NCBI GenBank assembly: GCA_029269845.2
Contig: CP149973.1
Location: 1,950,001 to 1,982,000, forward strand
From: Opitutia bacterium KCR 482
Lineage (GTDB): Bacteria > Verrucomicrobiota > Verrucomicrobiia > Opitutales > Intestinicryptomonadaceae
Direction of reading: 5' to 3'
DNA length: 32,000 bases
Shown piece by piece: positions 1-8,683 of this stretch. The notes below the pieces were generated by a model. It saw only the letters and a program-made list of their open reading frames with translations, was not told where the DNA came from and made no database searches. A program made the position numbers and the translations under genes. How positions within the stretch are numbered: the stretch's first letter is position 1; the number at the start of each line of letters is the position of its first letter.

Positions 1-761
1 GTGAGTTTCTGCGCGGCTTCGAGCTGCGCCGCGAGGAACGCGGTGATAAGCTCCGACGGAATGTAGCTGCTGCCGTAGTCAATCCAAGTGTATTTGTCGA
101 TTTTCCCCTCTACGAACTGGATTCTGTTTGTGCCCTTTTCCCTGATGAAGCAGGCGCGGTCGATGAGGGATTCGTCGTTGCAAAGGAGTGCGCCGCATTC
201 GCCCGCGATTACGTTCTTTGTGCTGTGGAAGCTGAGCGCGCCGAGGTCGCCGATAGTGCCGAGGTGTCTGCCTTTGTAGTAGGCGCAGAAGCCCTGCGCG
301 GCGTCCTCCACAACCCTGATTCCCGCGCTTTTTGCGGTTTCCATAATTGTGTCCATTTCGCACCCGACGCCCGCGTAGTGGACTGGCACGACCGCCTTTG
401 TGCGCTTTGTGAGCAGTTGCGGAATTTGCGATTCGTCGATATTGAGAGTGTCGGGGCGAATGTCGCAGAACACTGGTTTTGCGCCGCGCAGAACGAACGC
501 GTTTACGCTCGAAACGAATGTGAACGTCGGCACGATTACCTCGTCGCCCGATTTGATGTCGCATAGGAGGGCCGCCATGTCTAGGGCGGAGGTGCACGAT
601 GTCGTAAGGAGGGCGGCTTTCGCCTTTGTCGCGGCGCGGAGGGCGGCTTCGCATTTTTTCAGGAACTCGCCGTCGCCTTGGAGGTGTCCGGAGGCTATCG
701 CTTCTTTTATATATTCTACTTCGCGACCCGCGAGCGGTATTTTGTTGAAATTTACTTTCAT
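1..761 (-). CDS. wecE: DegT/DnrJ/EryC1/StrS-family PLP aminotransferase, WecE/RffA-like (dTDP-4-amino-4,6-dideoxyhexose transaminase); C-terminus lies beyond the left window edge
   Basis: Absent from the supplied track because it is open at the edge. My translation of the minus strand from ATG at complement(759..761): MKVNFNKIPLAGREVEYIKEAIASGHLQGDGEFLKKCE...TSCTSALDMAALLCDIKSGDEVIVPTFTFVSSVNAFVLRGAKPVFCDIRPDT...VPVHYAGVGCEMDTIM...EDAAQG...LSFHSTKN (PLP lysine)...IREKGTNRIQFVEGKIDKYTWIDYGSSY. This is collinear with E. coli WecE as I remember it. Track ORFs 79..654(-), 225..566(+) and 400..876(+) are other frames of this gene. Confidence 0.85.
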   Translation of the reverse strand, partial: MKVNFNKIPLAGREVEYIKEAIASGHLQGDGEFLKKCEAALRAATKAKAALLTTSCTSALDMAALLCDIKSGDEVIVPTFTFVSSVNAFVLRGAKPVFCDIRPDTLNIDESQIPQLLTKRTKAVVPVHYAGVGCEMDTIMETAKSAGIRVVEDAAQGFCAYYKGRHLGTIGDLGALSFHSTKNVIAGECGALLCNDESLIDRACFIREKGTNRIQFVEGKIDKYTWIDYGSSYIPSELITAFLAAQLEAAQKL

Positions 762-842
762 GTGGACCCGAAATATTTGTTTTCGGATATTGTACCCAAA
801 CCGCTCCGATTTAAAGCAAAATATGCACTTTTTTGGGGGCTT

Positions 843-871
843 GCGCCGCGGCGACGGCGCGCGTTTTTTTT
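843..871 (+). terminator. Orphan intrinsic-terminator-like hairpin plus T8, with no plus-strand gene upstream
   Basis: gcgccg(843-848)-cggcga-cggcgc(855-860), then gcg, then T8 (864-871). It lies in the divergent intergenic region between wecE and the 972 ORF. Confidence 0.3.
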
Positions 872-910
872 ATTAGTCCGACCGCATGTTAAAAATTTTT
901 CCATATAAGT

Positions 911-937
911 TTGACACGCCGCCTATAAAGGTATAAT
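911..937 (+). promoter_or_regulatory. Sigma70-like promoter for the 972..2024 gene
   Basis: TTGACA (911-916), 15 nt spacer, TATAAT (932-937). Both hexamers are perfect consensus, but the spacer is short. A purine-rich RBS gaaaggaaagg (953-963) precedes ATG 972. Confidence 0.45.
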
Positions 938-971
938 CTTCTTCCGAACCCCGAAAGGAAAGGCATTACAA

Positions 972-2024
972 ATGAACAGTCTTAACATTGGCAGCAGTGC
1001 GTTCTTCGACAGATTTTTCGGCGCGTGGTGGGGCGCGTTCATAGGCGACGCAATGGCGTTGCCCGTACACGGGTATTCCTCCGAACGCGCAATCGCCGCC
1101 GACTACGGCAAAATTGCCGACTATGTTCCGCCGCTCGATTTCCACCCCGAAAGCGTTTTGCACGCGCTTCCGATTCCCCAGCTTCCGCCGGAATTCGACT
1201 ACATCGGCAAGCGCCGCGCGTCGCTGTGGCGCAAGCGCGGCACGCACCCGCACATCGGAATGCGGGCGGGGGCGAGCACGCTTCCACTCGTGCTTGCGCT
1301 CCACTTGGGCGCGTCGATGGCGTCGGCGGGCGGCTTCGACATCGACGCGTGGCTTGAACGCTACGCTGCCGTGATGACTTCCGAAGACGGGCACGCCGAC
1401 ACATTCATTCCGTCGATTCACCGCAGGTATTTCGAAAATCTTGCCGCGGGGAAAAATCCCGAAACGAACGGCTGTCCCGACGCCCACATGAGCGACATCG
1501 CAATCTTCGCGCCGCTCCTGTTTTCGACGCTGAAAAATCCCGACAAGAGCAGCATGGACATCTTCCGCGCCCTCAAAAAATTCACGATAGGCGAGGGCGC
1601 GTCGTCGGGGGCGTTTTTCCTTTCCGAAATTTTGGCGAAAGTTTTGCGCGGCTCGTCGATAGAGGAGGCAATCTACAAAAACATGACGCCCGACCGCCAC
1701 GTCAGCCTTGCCTTCCCCTACCGCAGGTGGATTAAAAACCGCGACGACTACGACGCCATAAGGGCGACGGGCAGGTTCGCCGCGATAGAGGAGGCGATTC
1801 CCCTCACGCTTTACATCTCGCTGAAATACGGCACGGACGTGATAACCGCGACCGTCGTCAACGCGAATATCGGCGGAGAAACGACGGGGCGCGGCGCGTT
1901 AATCGGCATGCTCGCGGGGGCGCAGTGCGGGCTTTCGCACATTCCGCGCAACTACATCGACGCGCTCGAATACGCCTCCGAAATTCAGGCTGTGGGCGAG
2001 CTTCTCTACGCAATGTTCAGATAG
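972..2024 (+). CDS. ADP-ribosylglycohydrolase (ARH/DraG) family protein
   Basis: 350-aa track ORF. The N-terminal FFGAWWGAFIGDAMALPVHGY and C-terminal NIGGETTGRGALIGMLAGA resemble the two metal-site blocks of the ARH fold. The usual GGDTDT block reads GGETTG here, so it may be a non-canonical member. Confidence 0.8.
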   Translation: MNSLNIGSSAFFDRFFGAWWGAFIGDAMALPVHGYSSERAIAADYGKIADYVPPLDFHPESVLHALPIPQLPPEFDYIGKRRASLWRKRGTHPHIGMRAGASTLPLVLALHLGASMASAGGFDIDAWLERYAAVMTSEDGHADTFIPSIHRRYFENLAAGKNPETNGCPDAHMSDIAIFAPLLFSTLKNPDKSSMDIFRALKKFTIGEGASSGAFFLSEILAKVLRGSSIEEAIYKNMTPDRHVSLAFPYRRWIKNRDDYDAIRATGRFAAIEEAIPLTLYISLKYGTDVITATVVNANIGGETTGRGALIGMLAGAQCGLSHIPRNYIDALEYASEIQAVGELLYAMFR

Positions 2025-2090
2025 CCGACAGACTCCGCGCCCTAATGGCGGGCATAGCCGCGTTCCGTTCGCGTGCGTTCGATTAAGACG

Positions 2091-2135
2091 CAAAAAATCC
2101 CGCGCGGATTTTCTCCGACGCGGGATTTTGTTTTG
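2091..2135. terminator. Bidirectional rho-independent terminator between convergent genes
   Basis: A-run (2092-2097), stem atcccgcg (2097-2104) / cgcgggat (2119-2126), then ttttgtttt. It sits between the stop at 2024 (+) and the stop at 2152 (-). Confidence 0.6.
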
Positions 2136-2151
2136 CATGAGTTTTCGCGCT

Positions 2152-3318
2152 TTATTTCGCAAAGTGCCCGTATCCCTTTGCGGGAACGCTTTCGCCCTTG
2201 TATTCGAACGGCGCGGAAGTATAGTTTACGACGATTTCCTCGCCGCTTTCGAATGTCGAAACAAACACGCCTTTCGATATTTCGCGGTGGTCCTGCATGA
2301 ATTGCAGTTGCAGGTGTTTGAGCTTCTGGAACTCGTCGTAGGCGCGTTTCATGGGCTTCAAGTTTTTGTAGTCGGTATAATAGAAAACGGGGCGGGCGTC
2401 GAACTCTATCGCTTTGAGCCAGCGCGTTTCGGGATTTTCAAGATAGTCGTACGCCTTGCGCTGGTCGGAAGTTGCGTATGACTTCGGGTAGAGGGCGTCG
2501 ATTGTCGTGTAGTAGGGGTTGCTGAGAATTATGCCGTGGTAGACAAGCTGCCAGAGCGGCACGAACTTCTCGGCGAGCTTTTCGGGCTTGCCCTCCCAGT
2601 CGGGGTACGACCACAAATAGAGCGCGAAGTCGAGTGTCGGCGCAAGGTGGTCAAGTCCGCCCTCCGACGCAAGCCCTCCGAAAATTTCGTGCGCATACGC
2701 TCCTACCTTGTTTTCGTAGTCAACCGTCTGCTGCCTGTTGAGCGGGTGCATGGGGTCTTTGCACGGATAGGGGTGCACGAAAGACATAACGTCGAGGTGC
2801 ATGATTCCGTTGAGACCGAGAGCCTTCATCTTCTTGAAGTCGTCCTTAATCCAGAGGTCGTGGTAGCGTTGGAAGCACGGGCGGAACGCCTTGCCGCCGG
2901 GCTGGAAATAGTCGAAAAACGGCGAGCCGTCGGGGTACATCGCAATTCCGTTGTCGTTCCACCTGTTCGAGATTGAAAACACCGAAAACGGGTTTATGTG
3001 GCAGTTGATGTGGTAGCCGAGCGACTTCCCCTCGGCGATTGCCTCGCGGAACTTTGCCTCGCCGCCGAGCTTCGGCTCGACGGGGAAGAACTGCGGAAAA
3101 CGTCCGTCGTGCCCCGAAATGTTCCAGCCTACGGAACACACTTCCGCCTTGTCGATTCCCTCGGCTTTCATGCGGCGCATGATGTCGGCAACGGGGACGG
3201 TAATTCTGAACGCGTCCCCAGCCTTTTCGAAAGGCACTTGCTTCTCGACAGTCTGTCCGTCAAGCTTCTTTATCCTGAGCGTCGCATTCTGGAGCGCAAA
3301 AATAAGAGATTTCCCCAT
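2152..3318 (-). CDS. Uncharacterised glycoside-hydrolase-like protein (resembles DUF5696-type proteins as far as I recall)
   Basis: The track ORF is 2152..3357 (401 aa). I prefer the internal ATG (MGKSLIFALQN..., coordinate 3318) over the upstream start. It has protein-like composition throughout, and the GWNISGHDGRFPQFFPVEPKLGGE block is reminiscent of DUF5696. No function can be assigned. Confidence 0.65.
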   Translation of the reverse strand: MGKSLIFALQNATLRIKKLDGQTVEKQVPFEKAGDAFRITVPVADIMRRMKAEGIDKAEVCSVGWNISGHDGRFPQFFPVEPKLGGEAKFREAIAEGKSLGYHINCHINPFSVFSISNRWNDNGIAMYPDGSPFFDYFQPGGKAFRPCFQRYHDLWIKDDFKKMKALGLNGIMHLDVMSFVHPYPCKDPMHPLNRQQTVDYENKVGAYAHEIFGGLASEGGLDHLAPTLDFALYLWSYPDWEGKPEKLAEKFVPLWQLVYHGIILSNPYYTTIDALYPKSYATSDQRKAYDYLENPETRWLKAIEFDARPVFYYTDYKNLKPMKRAYDEFQKLKHLQLQFMQDHREISKGVFVSTFESGEEIVVNYTSAPFEYKGESVPAKGYGHFAK

Positions 3319-3464
3319 ATATATCCTGCGCTGAATGACCGAAATGCCAGTACTCAATCGTTAGAGCAGGCGACCGTCAAGATAAAAGCCCGTTAAATTA
3401 ATTTGCGCATTCGGATTCGAAAAAACTTGACTGGAAGCCTTCGAAATGTACCTTGAACAACATT

Positions 3465-3695
3465 ATGGCAGATAAATCAGAAAAGAACGAATTTAACGTT
3501 GCGGGCAAATTCTACGTTGACTCGCAGTGCATAGGTTGCGCCCTCTGCAATTCCACGGCGGAAGGCTTTTTCCAAATGAGCGACAGCGGTTGCGCATACG
3601 TCGCAAAACAGCCCGAATCGGACGCCGACACGGCACTCTGCACGGAAGCAATGGAATCGTGCCCCGTACAGGCAATCGGCGACGACGGCGAATAA
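3465..3695 (+). CDS. Small single-cluster [4Fe-4S]/[3Fe-4S] ferredoxin
   Basis: MADKSEKNEFNVAGKFYVDSQCIGCALCNSTAEG...AMESCPVQAI contains CxxCxxC...CP. The track starts at TTG 3453; ATG 3465 is more likely. Confidence 0.8.
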   Translation: MADKSEKNEFNVAGKFYVDSQCIGCALCNSTAEGFFQMSDSGCAYVAKQPESDADTALCTEAMESCPVQAIGDDGE

Positions 3696-3718
3696 TTGCA
3701 ACAACATTTAAATCAAAA

Positions 3719-3746
3719 CGGCGCGGCATAAACCGCGCTTTTTTTG
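3719..3746 (+). terminator. Rho-independent terminator after the ferredoxin gene
   Basis: gcgcgg(3721-3726)-cataaa-ccgcgc(3733-3738) followed by T7 (3739-3745). Confidence 0.65.
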
Positions 3747-3826
3747 CGCCCATTTTTTTTCCCGCGCAAAGCGCGACTATTTTTTACTTGTTTCTTTCTT
3801 GTTTGAAGCTTCATTAAAGATAAGTA

Positions 3827-3945
3827 ATTGCCGCAGGCAATACGAACTAAACGGGGAAAGGCGCGGGTATACCCGCGCCGCATAACCACAGAAAGGAGCG
3901 AAGCTCCGACGCCGTTAAGGCTGCAGCCTTATTTGCTTGATTTTG
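3827..3945 (+). promoter_or_regulatory. Structured 5' leader upstream of lptD (four consecutive perfect hairpins)
   Basis: attgcc-gca-ggcaat (3827-3841); 20-nt perfect palindrome ggcgcgggtatacccgcgcc (3860-3879); ggagc-gaa-gctcc (3895-3907); aaggctgcagcctt (3917-3930) followed by the T-rich atttgcttgatttt. The track reads this region as the N-terminal extension of the 799-aa ORF. Confidence 0.35.
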
Positions 3946-3971
3946 GGGAGGGGTGGGGTAGAAAGTTGGGT

Positions 3972-6227
3972 GTGAAATTACTATTGGGAATATTGGCGAT
4001 AGTCGGGGCGGCGTGCATGACAGTGCAGGGCGCGGAGACATCGGAAGGCGGAAAAACGGGGCGTATGCGCCGCGATATACCGTGGGTGTCGCTCGCACAC
4101 CAGCGGGCGATGAGGGAAAAGCCCGCAGAGAAGACGGAAGAGCCGACAAAAGAGAAGTCGCTGATTTCGCGGTTTACAAAAGACGCCGCGCCGGAACTGT
4201 CGGCGGACAAGTTCGAGTACGCCGACGACGGGTCGGGAAAACTGACCGCCCGCGGCAACGCAAAGATTTCTGATAAGAACTACGAATTGGGGGCGGACAG
4301 GGTAGAATTTTCGGAAACACAGGGATACGCAAAGGCGACAGGCGACGTAAAAATATCGGCGGACAGGGCGAGAATAACGTCGGACGACATCTACGTGGAT
4401 TTCAAAAACGACGCCATGAAGTCTGGCTACGTAAAATTCGGGTCGTCGCCAGTGTTTGCGGAGTCTACGTCATTGGACGCGGATAAATCGAAAGTGTCGC
4501 TTGGTGAGTCGTACATGTACTTCGGCGAACCCGCAAGCACGTCAATGTCGGCATCGGCGTCGGCTATTTCATACGATAAGGAGACAGACATTCTGTCGAT
4601 GGACGACGCAACACTCGCAGTAGGACCTGTGCCGTTCTTCTACGTCCCGAACTACTACCAGCACGGCTTGCAGCGGCCGCCGTTCGATGTAAACACGAGC
4701 GCGGGCTATAACGGCGACTACGGCGCATATATCCGCAACAACCTTTACTATAACGGACTTGGCGACGTCTCGCCAGGGGTGCTACTCGACTATTACACAA
4801 AACGCTCGGTGCTCTTCGGACCCGCCGCAAACTACGATGCGGAACTTGCGAACTCTGTGCTCAGCGGCTGGGTTCAGGGGGCGTATATAAACGACCACGG
4901 CAACGCGTCGATACGCGGGGAGGACTCGCTTGGCAGGAAAATCGGCACGGACCGCTTCTTCGCGGAGTTCAGGCATAAGCAGACATTCGACGACAAAATT
5001 TCGCTCACGGGCAACCTCAGCTATTGGAGCGACGAATTTATCACGCGCGACTTCCGCCCCGAACTTTTCTACGACAACCAAACTCCCGACAACTTCGGCG
5101 AGGCGGTCTACTACGGCGAATTTTTCACGGGCTCGGTGTTCACGCGCTTCGCGCCGAACAGCTGGGAGATTGTCCAACAACGCCTGCCCGAAGTCCGCGT
5201 GGACGTTCAGCCGGTGGAGATTTTCAATACGGGCGCATACCAGACGGGCTTTGCGTCGTACGCATACCTCAGGAAATTCGACCCGATGTCGAGCGCAAAC
5301 TACCTGTACTCTAACCGCGCCGACGCGTACTACGGCATCTACCGCCCGATAGAGCTTTCGTCGTGGAGCAAAATCACGCCGGTAATCGGCGGCCGCGCAA
5401 CATACTACGCAAACGCGGAGGGCGGCGGCGACTACGCCAGATTCCTCGGTCAAGTCGGCTTCGACGCCCAAATGGACGTCTGGGGCACATGGGAGTACGA
5501 AAGCAAAACAATGGCAATAGACGGAATCCGCCACCATCTGATTCCGCAAATATCGTACCGCTACATACCCGCCGCCGAACAGGGCAGGGGAAAAATTCCG
5601 CAAATAGACACCGAATATCTTACGACATATCCGCCCGTGCTCGACCTCGGCACACTGCGCAACGCCGACGAAATCGCGGCGACAAACACAATGCGCTTCG
5701 GGGTGCAAAACGTGTTCGAAACGCGCGACGACGAATACGGCTCGCGCGAGATTGCGCGCTTCGACGTATATCAGGACGTCAACTTCGACAAGCGCGAAAT
5801 TCCGCAGTCGGACGGAGAAAAATCGTTCTCCGACCTGTTCGTGAACGCGTCGGTCTCGCCCGCGCGCTGGCTTACGATAGGCTCGTATACGCGCGTGAAC
5901 CTCGACAGAATAGACCTGCCCGAAACGAACGCATACGTCGGGCTGCTGGACGGCGACGCGTTTTCCGTGTACTTCATCGCAAGCTACCTTAAAAACGCAA
6001 TCACGCAGTACACGACGCTCGCCGAATACAGAATCAGCGAACGCTACAAAGTGTTCGGACGCTGGAGCTACGACGAACGCCTCTCCGCATTCACAAACCA
6101 AACCTACGGACTCTGGACGCGCATAGGCAACTCTTGGGCGATAGAATACATGATAAGCGAACGCTCCGGCTCGAAACGCCAAAACAACTTTTCGTTTGGC
6201 ATGCGCGTGAGCATGATGATTTTCTGA
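3972..6227 (+). CDS. lptD: LPS-assembly outer-membrane protein LptD (OstA N-terminal domain plus C-terminal beta-barrel)
   Basis: The track ORF starts at TTG 3828. I place the start at in-frame GTG 3972 (or TTG 3966), which gives a signal peptide (M)KLLLGILAIVGAACMTVQGA/ETSEG. The OstA-like segment reads GKLTARGNAKISDKNYELGADRVEFSETQGYAKATGDVKISADRARITSDDIYVDF. A long Tyr/Gly/Asn-rich barrel ends in a terminal Phe (...RVSMMIF). Confidence 0.75.
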   Translation: MKLLLGILAIVGAACMTVQGAETSEGGKTGRMRRDIPWVSLAHQRAMREKPAEKTEEPTKEKSLISRFTKDAAPELSADKFEYADDGSGKLTARGNAKISDKNYELGADRVEFSETQGYAKATGDVKISADRARITSDDIYVDFKNDAMKSGYVKFGSSPVFAESTSLDADKSKVSLGESYMYFGEPASTSMSASASAISYDKETDILSMDDATLAVGPVPFFYVPNYYQHGLQRPPFDVNTSAGYNGDYGAYIRNNLYYNGLGDVSPGVLLDYYTKRSVLFGPAANYDAELANSVLSGWVQGAYINDHGNASIRGEDSLGRKIGTDRFFAEFRHKQTFDDKISLTGNLSYWSDEFITRDFRPELFYDNQTPDNFGEAVYYGEFFTGSVFTRFAPNSWEIVQQRLPEVRVDVQPVEIFNTGAYQTGFASYAYLRKFDPMSSANYLYSNRADAYYGIYRPIELSSWSKITPVIGGRATYYANAEGGGDYARFLGQVGFDAQMDVWGTWEYESKTMAIDGIRHHLIPQISYRYIPAAEQGRGKIPQIDTEYLTTYPPVLDLGTLRNADEIAATNTMRFGVQNVFETRDDEYGSREIARFDVYQDVNFDKREIPQSDGEKSFSDLFVNASVSPARWLTIGSYTRVNLDRIDLPETNAYVGLLDGDAFSVYFIASYLKNAITQYTTLAEYRISERYKVFGRWSYDERLSAFTNQTYGLWTRIGNSWAIEYMISERSGSKRQNNFSFGMRVSMMIF

Positions 6228-6228
6228 T

Positions 6229-7041
6229 ATGGCGGCGGAAATACAGAACGTCGACGACGCGCTCGCGGGCGGCGGCTTCGAAATGTCCGTCAAACTGAAC
6301 GTGTTTGAAGGCCCGCTCGACCTGCTTTTGTTCCTAATCAGGAAGAACGAAATCGACATCTACGACATTCCGATTGCCGAAATTACGCGCCAATACATGG
6401 CGGTGCTGAGGTCGATGGAAAAAATGTCGCTCGACGTGGCGGGAGAGTTTTTTGTGATGGCGGCAACGCTCATGTACATCAAAAGCCGCATGCTTCTGCC
6501 GACCGACGAACGCGTGGCGCAGGCGGCGGAGGAGGACGGCGACGCCGACATAGACCCGCGCTGGCAGCTGGTTGAACAGCTCTTGGAGTACAAGAAAATC
6601 AAGGCGGCGGCGGACTCGCTCGAAGACATGATAGACTCGCGGCAGAACTTCGGGGAGCGCAGGATTTCGGACAAGGAAATCGTAGCCGACAGACCCTTGA
6701 AGGCGTCCGACAAAATGGAGATTTGGACGGCGTTCAACCTGATTTTGCGCAGACTCGCCGAAAAACTCGTGCAGGGCGAAATCACGAACGAAAACGTGAC
6801 GGTCGCCGACAGAATGGAATATATTTTGAACTTCGGGGAGCGCAAATTCACGTTTTCGTCGCTGTTCGAGGGAAAGAAAACGGGCTTGGTGTCGCTAATG
6901 GCGACGTTCCTTGCGATGCTCGAACTCACAAGGCTCAAACGCCTTTTTATCAGGCAGGACGAAGGCTTCGGCGAAATATACTGCGAGAAAATCGGCGACG
7001 AAAAACCCGCCGCCGCCGACGACGAGGAGGGGGAACTTTAA
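6229..7041 (+). CDS. scpA: Segregation and condensation protein A (SMC kleisin)
   Basis: FEGPLDLLLFLIRKNEIDIYDIPIAEITRQYM... is the typical ScpA N-terminus, and the C-terminal winged-helix region reads ...LAMLELTRLKRLFIRQDEGFGEI. The ATG is 1 nt after the lptD stop. Confidence 0.9.
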   Translation: MAAEIQNVDDALAGGGFEMSVKLNVFEGPLDLLLFLIRKNEIDIYDIPIAEITRQYMAVLRSMEKMSLDVAGEFFVMAATLMYIKSRMLLPTDERVAQAAEEDGDADIDPRWQLVEQLLEYKKIKAAADSLEDMIDSRQNFGERRISDKEIVADRPLKASDKMEIWTAFNLILRRLAEKLVQGEITNENVTVADRMEYILNFGERKFTFSSLFEGKKTGLVSLMATFLAMLELTRLKRLFIRQDEGFGEIYCEKIGDEKPAAADDEEGEL

Positions 7042-7042
7042 A

Positions 7043-7285
7043 ATGCGCGCAAACGACGGAAAATCAAAACTGTTCGGAATCGGTCTCGACTCGGACGGAC
7101 AAAAACGCATAACACAGGCGGAGAAATTCCTGCTCGTGGGAGGCACGGAGGAAACCCACGACGCCATGACCGAAACCGTCATAAAAACTTTCGAAGACCT
7201 CAAACGGCGCGGCAAGGAGCTTGAAGACGCCTCGCCCGAAGAGCTTTCCGACATAATACAAAAACACACCCGAAGGAGGGACTGA
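7043..7285 (+). CDS. Small conserved-looking hypothetical protein (80 aa)
   Basis: An in-frame ATG at 7043 lies 1 nt after the scpA stop (the track ORF 6911..7285 carries an N-terminal extension overlapping scpA). The stop is 2 nt before glmM. The sequence is MRANDGKSKLFGIGLDSDGQKRITQAEKFLLVGGTEETHDAMTETVIKTFEDLKRRGKELE...; I do not recognise the family. Confidence 0.55.
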   Translation: MRANDGKSKLFGIGLDSDGQKRITQAEKFLLVGGTEETHDAMTETVIKTFEDLKRRGKELEDASPEELSDIIQKHTRRRD

Positions 7286-7287
7286 CA

Positions 7288-8634
7288 ATGAAATATTTCG
7301 GAACGGACGGTATCCGCGGAACATACGGGGATACGGAAATCAGCGAGCCGTTTTTCGCGGCGTTGGGCGTCGCGGCGGCGGAATACCTCGCCGAAAACGG
7401 CGGCGGAAAAATAGTGGTAGGCGGCGACACCCGCGCTTCGACCGACGCGCTCAAAGCGGCGTTCTGCGGCGGGCTTGAAAAGGGCGGCGCGGAGTTTGAA
7501 GACTTGGGCGTTCTGCCCACGCCCGCGCTCGCATACGGCGTGCTATCGCGCGGGGCGGCAATGGGCGCAATGATTACCGCCTCCCACAACCCGCACACCG
7601 ACAACGGCATTAAATTTTTCGACTCCGCCGCGAGAAAGGTCGAGGACGACGCGCAGGAGCGGCTCGAAGCTCTGCTCGAAAAGCACTACCGCCCCGACGC
7701 GTCCTACGCGCCGAAAACTTTTGCGCCCCGCAAAATAGAGACGGGCGCGTTTGCTCGCAACGAGTACGCAAAAAAAATGGCGTCGATTTTCCCGAAGAAT
7801 TTTCTGAAAGGGCTGAAAGTCGCAATCGACATGGCGAACGGCGCGACGAGCAAAATTTCGTCGAAAGTCTTTGCCGAATACGGCGCGGAGGTCTTCGAGG
7901 CGGGTTGCGAGCCGACGGGGCTTAACATCAACGACGGAATCGGCAGCCAGCACCCCGAAAAAATTTCCGAACTTTGCAGGCGCGTGGGCGCGGACGTCGG
8001 CTTTGCGCACGACGGCGACGGCGACAGGGTAGTGGTTTCCGACGAAACGGGTTCGATTTTGGAGGGCGAGGAAATTCTTGGGCTAATCGCCCTCGACGCA
8101 AAGGAGCGCGGCGCGCTCGCATCAAACGCAATCGTCACGACCCTCCAAAGCAACATGGGGCTTGACGAATCGCTCGCAAAAAGCGGCGTGTCGGTTTTCA
8201 GAAGCGGAATCGGCGACAGGCTCGTAATGCGCGAAATGCTCGCGCACGGCTGCTCGGTGGGCGGCGAAAACTCGGGGCACTTCATATTCTCGGAAGTGTC
8301 GCCCTGCGGCGACGGACTGGCTGCGGCGCTCGCGCTGCTTTCGGTCATGGCGGACAGGGGCGGCAAACTCTCGGAACTGCGCGGCGGAATTTCGATGTAC
8401 CCGCAGGTTTCGAAAGCCGTGAAAGTGGCTCGCAAAACGCCGATTGCGGAGACAGCAAACCTCTCGAAGGCAATCGCCGAATGCGAGTCCGCGCTGGGCA
8501 AAGAGGGCAGGCTGCTCGTGCGCTATTCGGGCACGGAAAAGAAAATCAGACTGCTTGTTGAGGGCAAGGACGCCGCGAAAATCGGCGACTGCATGAAAAT
8601 ACTCGAAAAAGCGGTTGAAATAGACTTGCAGTAA
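7288..8634 (+). CDS. glmM: Phosphoglucosamine mutase
   Basis: MKYFGTDGIRG..., phosphoserine loop ITASHNPHTDNGIKFF, metal loop FAHDGDGDR, GENSGH. A strong SD (aggaggg) lies upstream. Confidence 0.95.
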   Translation: MKYFGTDGIRGTYGDTEISEPFFAALGVAAAEYLAENGGGKIVVGGDTRASTDALKAAFCGGLEKGGAEFEDLGVLPTPALAYGVLSRGAAMGAMITASHNPHTDNGIKFFDSAARKVEDDAQERLEALLEKHYRPDASYAPKTFAPRKIETGAFARNEYAKKMASIFPKNFLKGLKVAIDMANGATSKISSKVFAEYGAEVFEAGCEPTGLNINDGIGSQHPEKISELCRRVGADVGFAHDGDGDRVVVSDETGSILEGEEILGLIALDAKERGALASNAIVTTLQSNMGLDESLAKSGVSVFRSGIGDRLVMREMLAHGCSVGGENSGHFIFSEVSPCGDGLAAALALLSVMADRGGKLSELRGGISMYPQVSKAVKVARKTPIAETANLSKAIAECESALGKEGRLLVRYSGTEKKIRLLVEGKDAAKIGDCMKILEKAVEIDLQ

Positions 8635-8683
8635 ACGCCGCCCGACTTTAATTTATCTCCAACTTTTAATTCCTGAAATTTGT

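Noticed and set aside
3828-3971. The TTG start at 3828 for lptD (the 799-aa version).
   Set aside because: The extra 48 aa are Arg/Pro-rich and are read through four perfect hairpins. A proper signal peptide begins at the in-frame GTG 3972.
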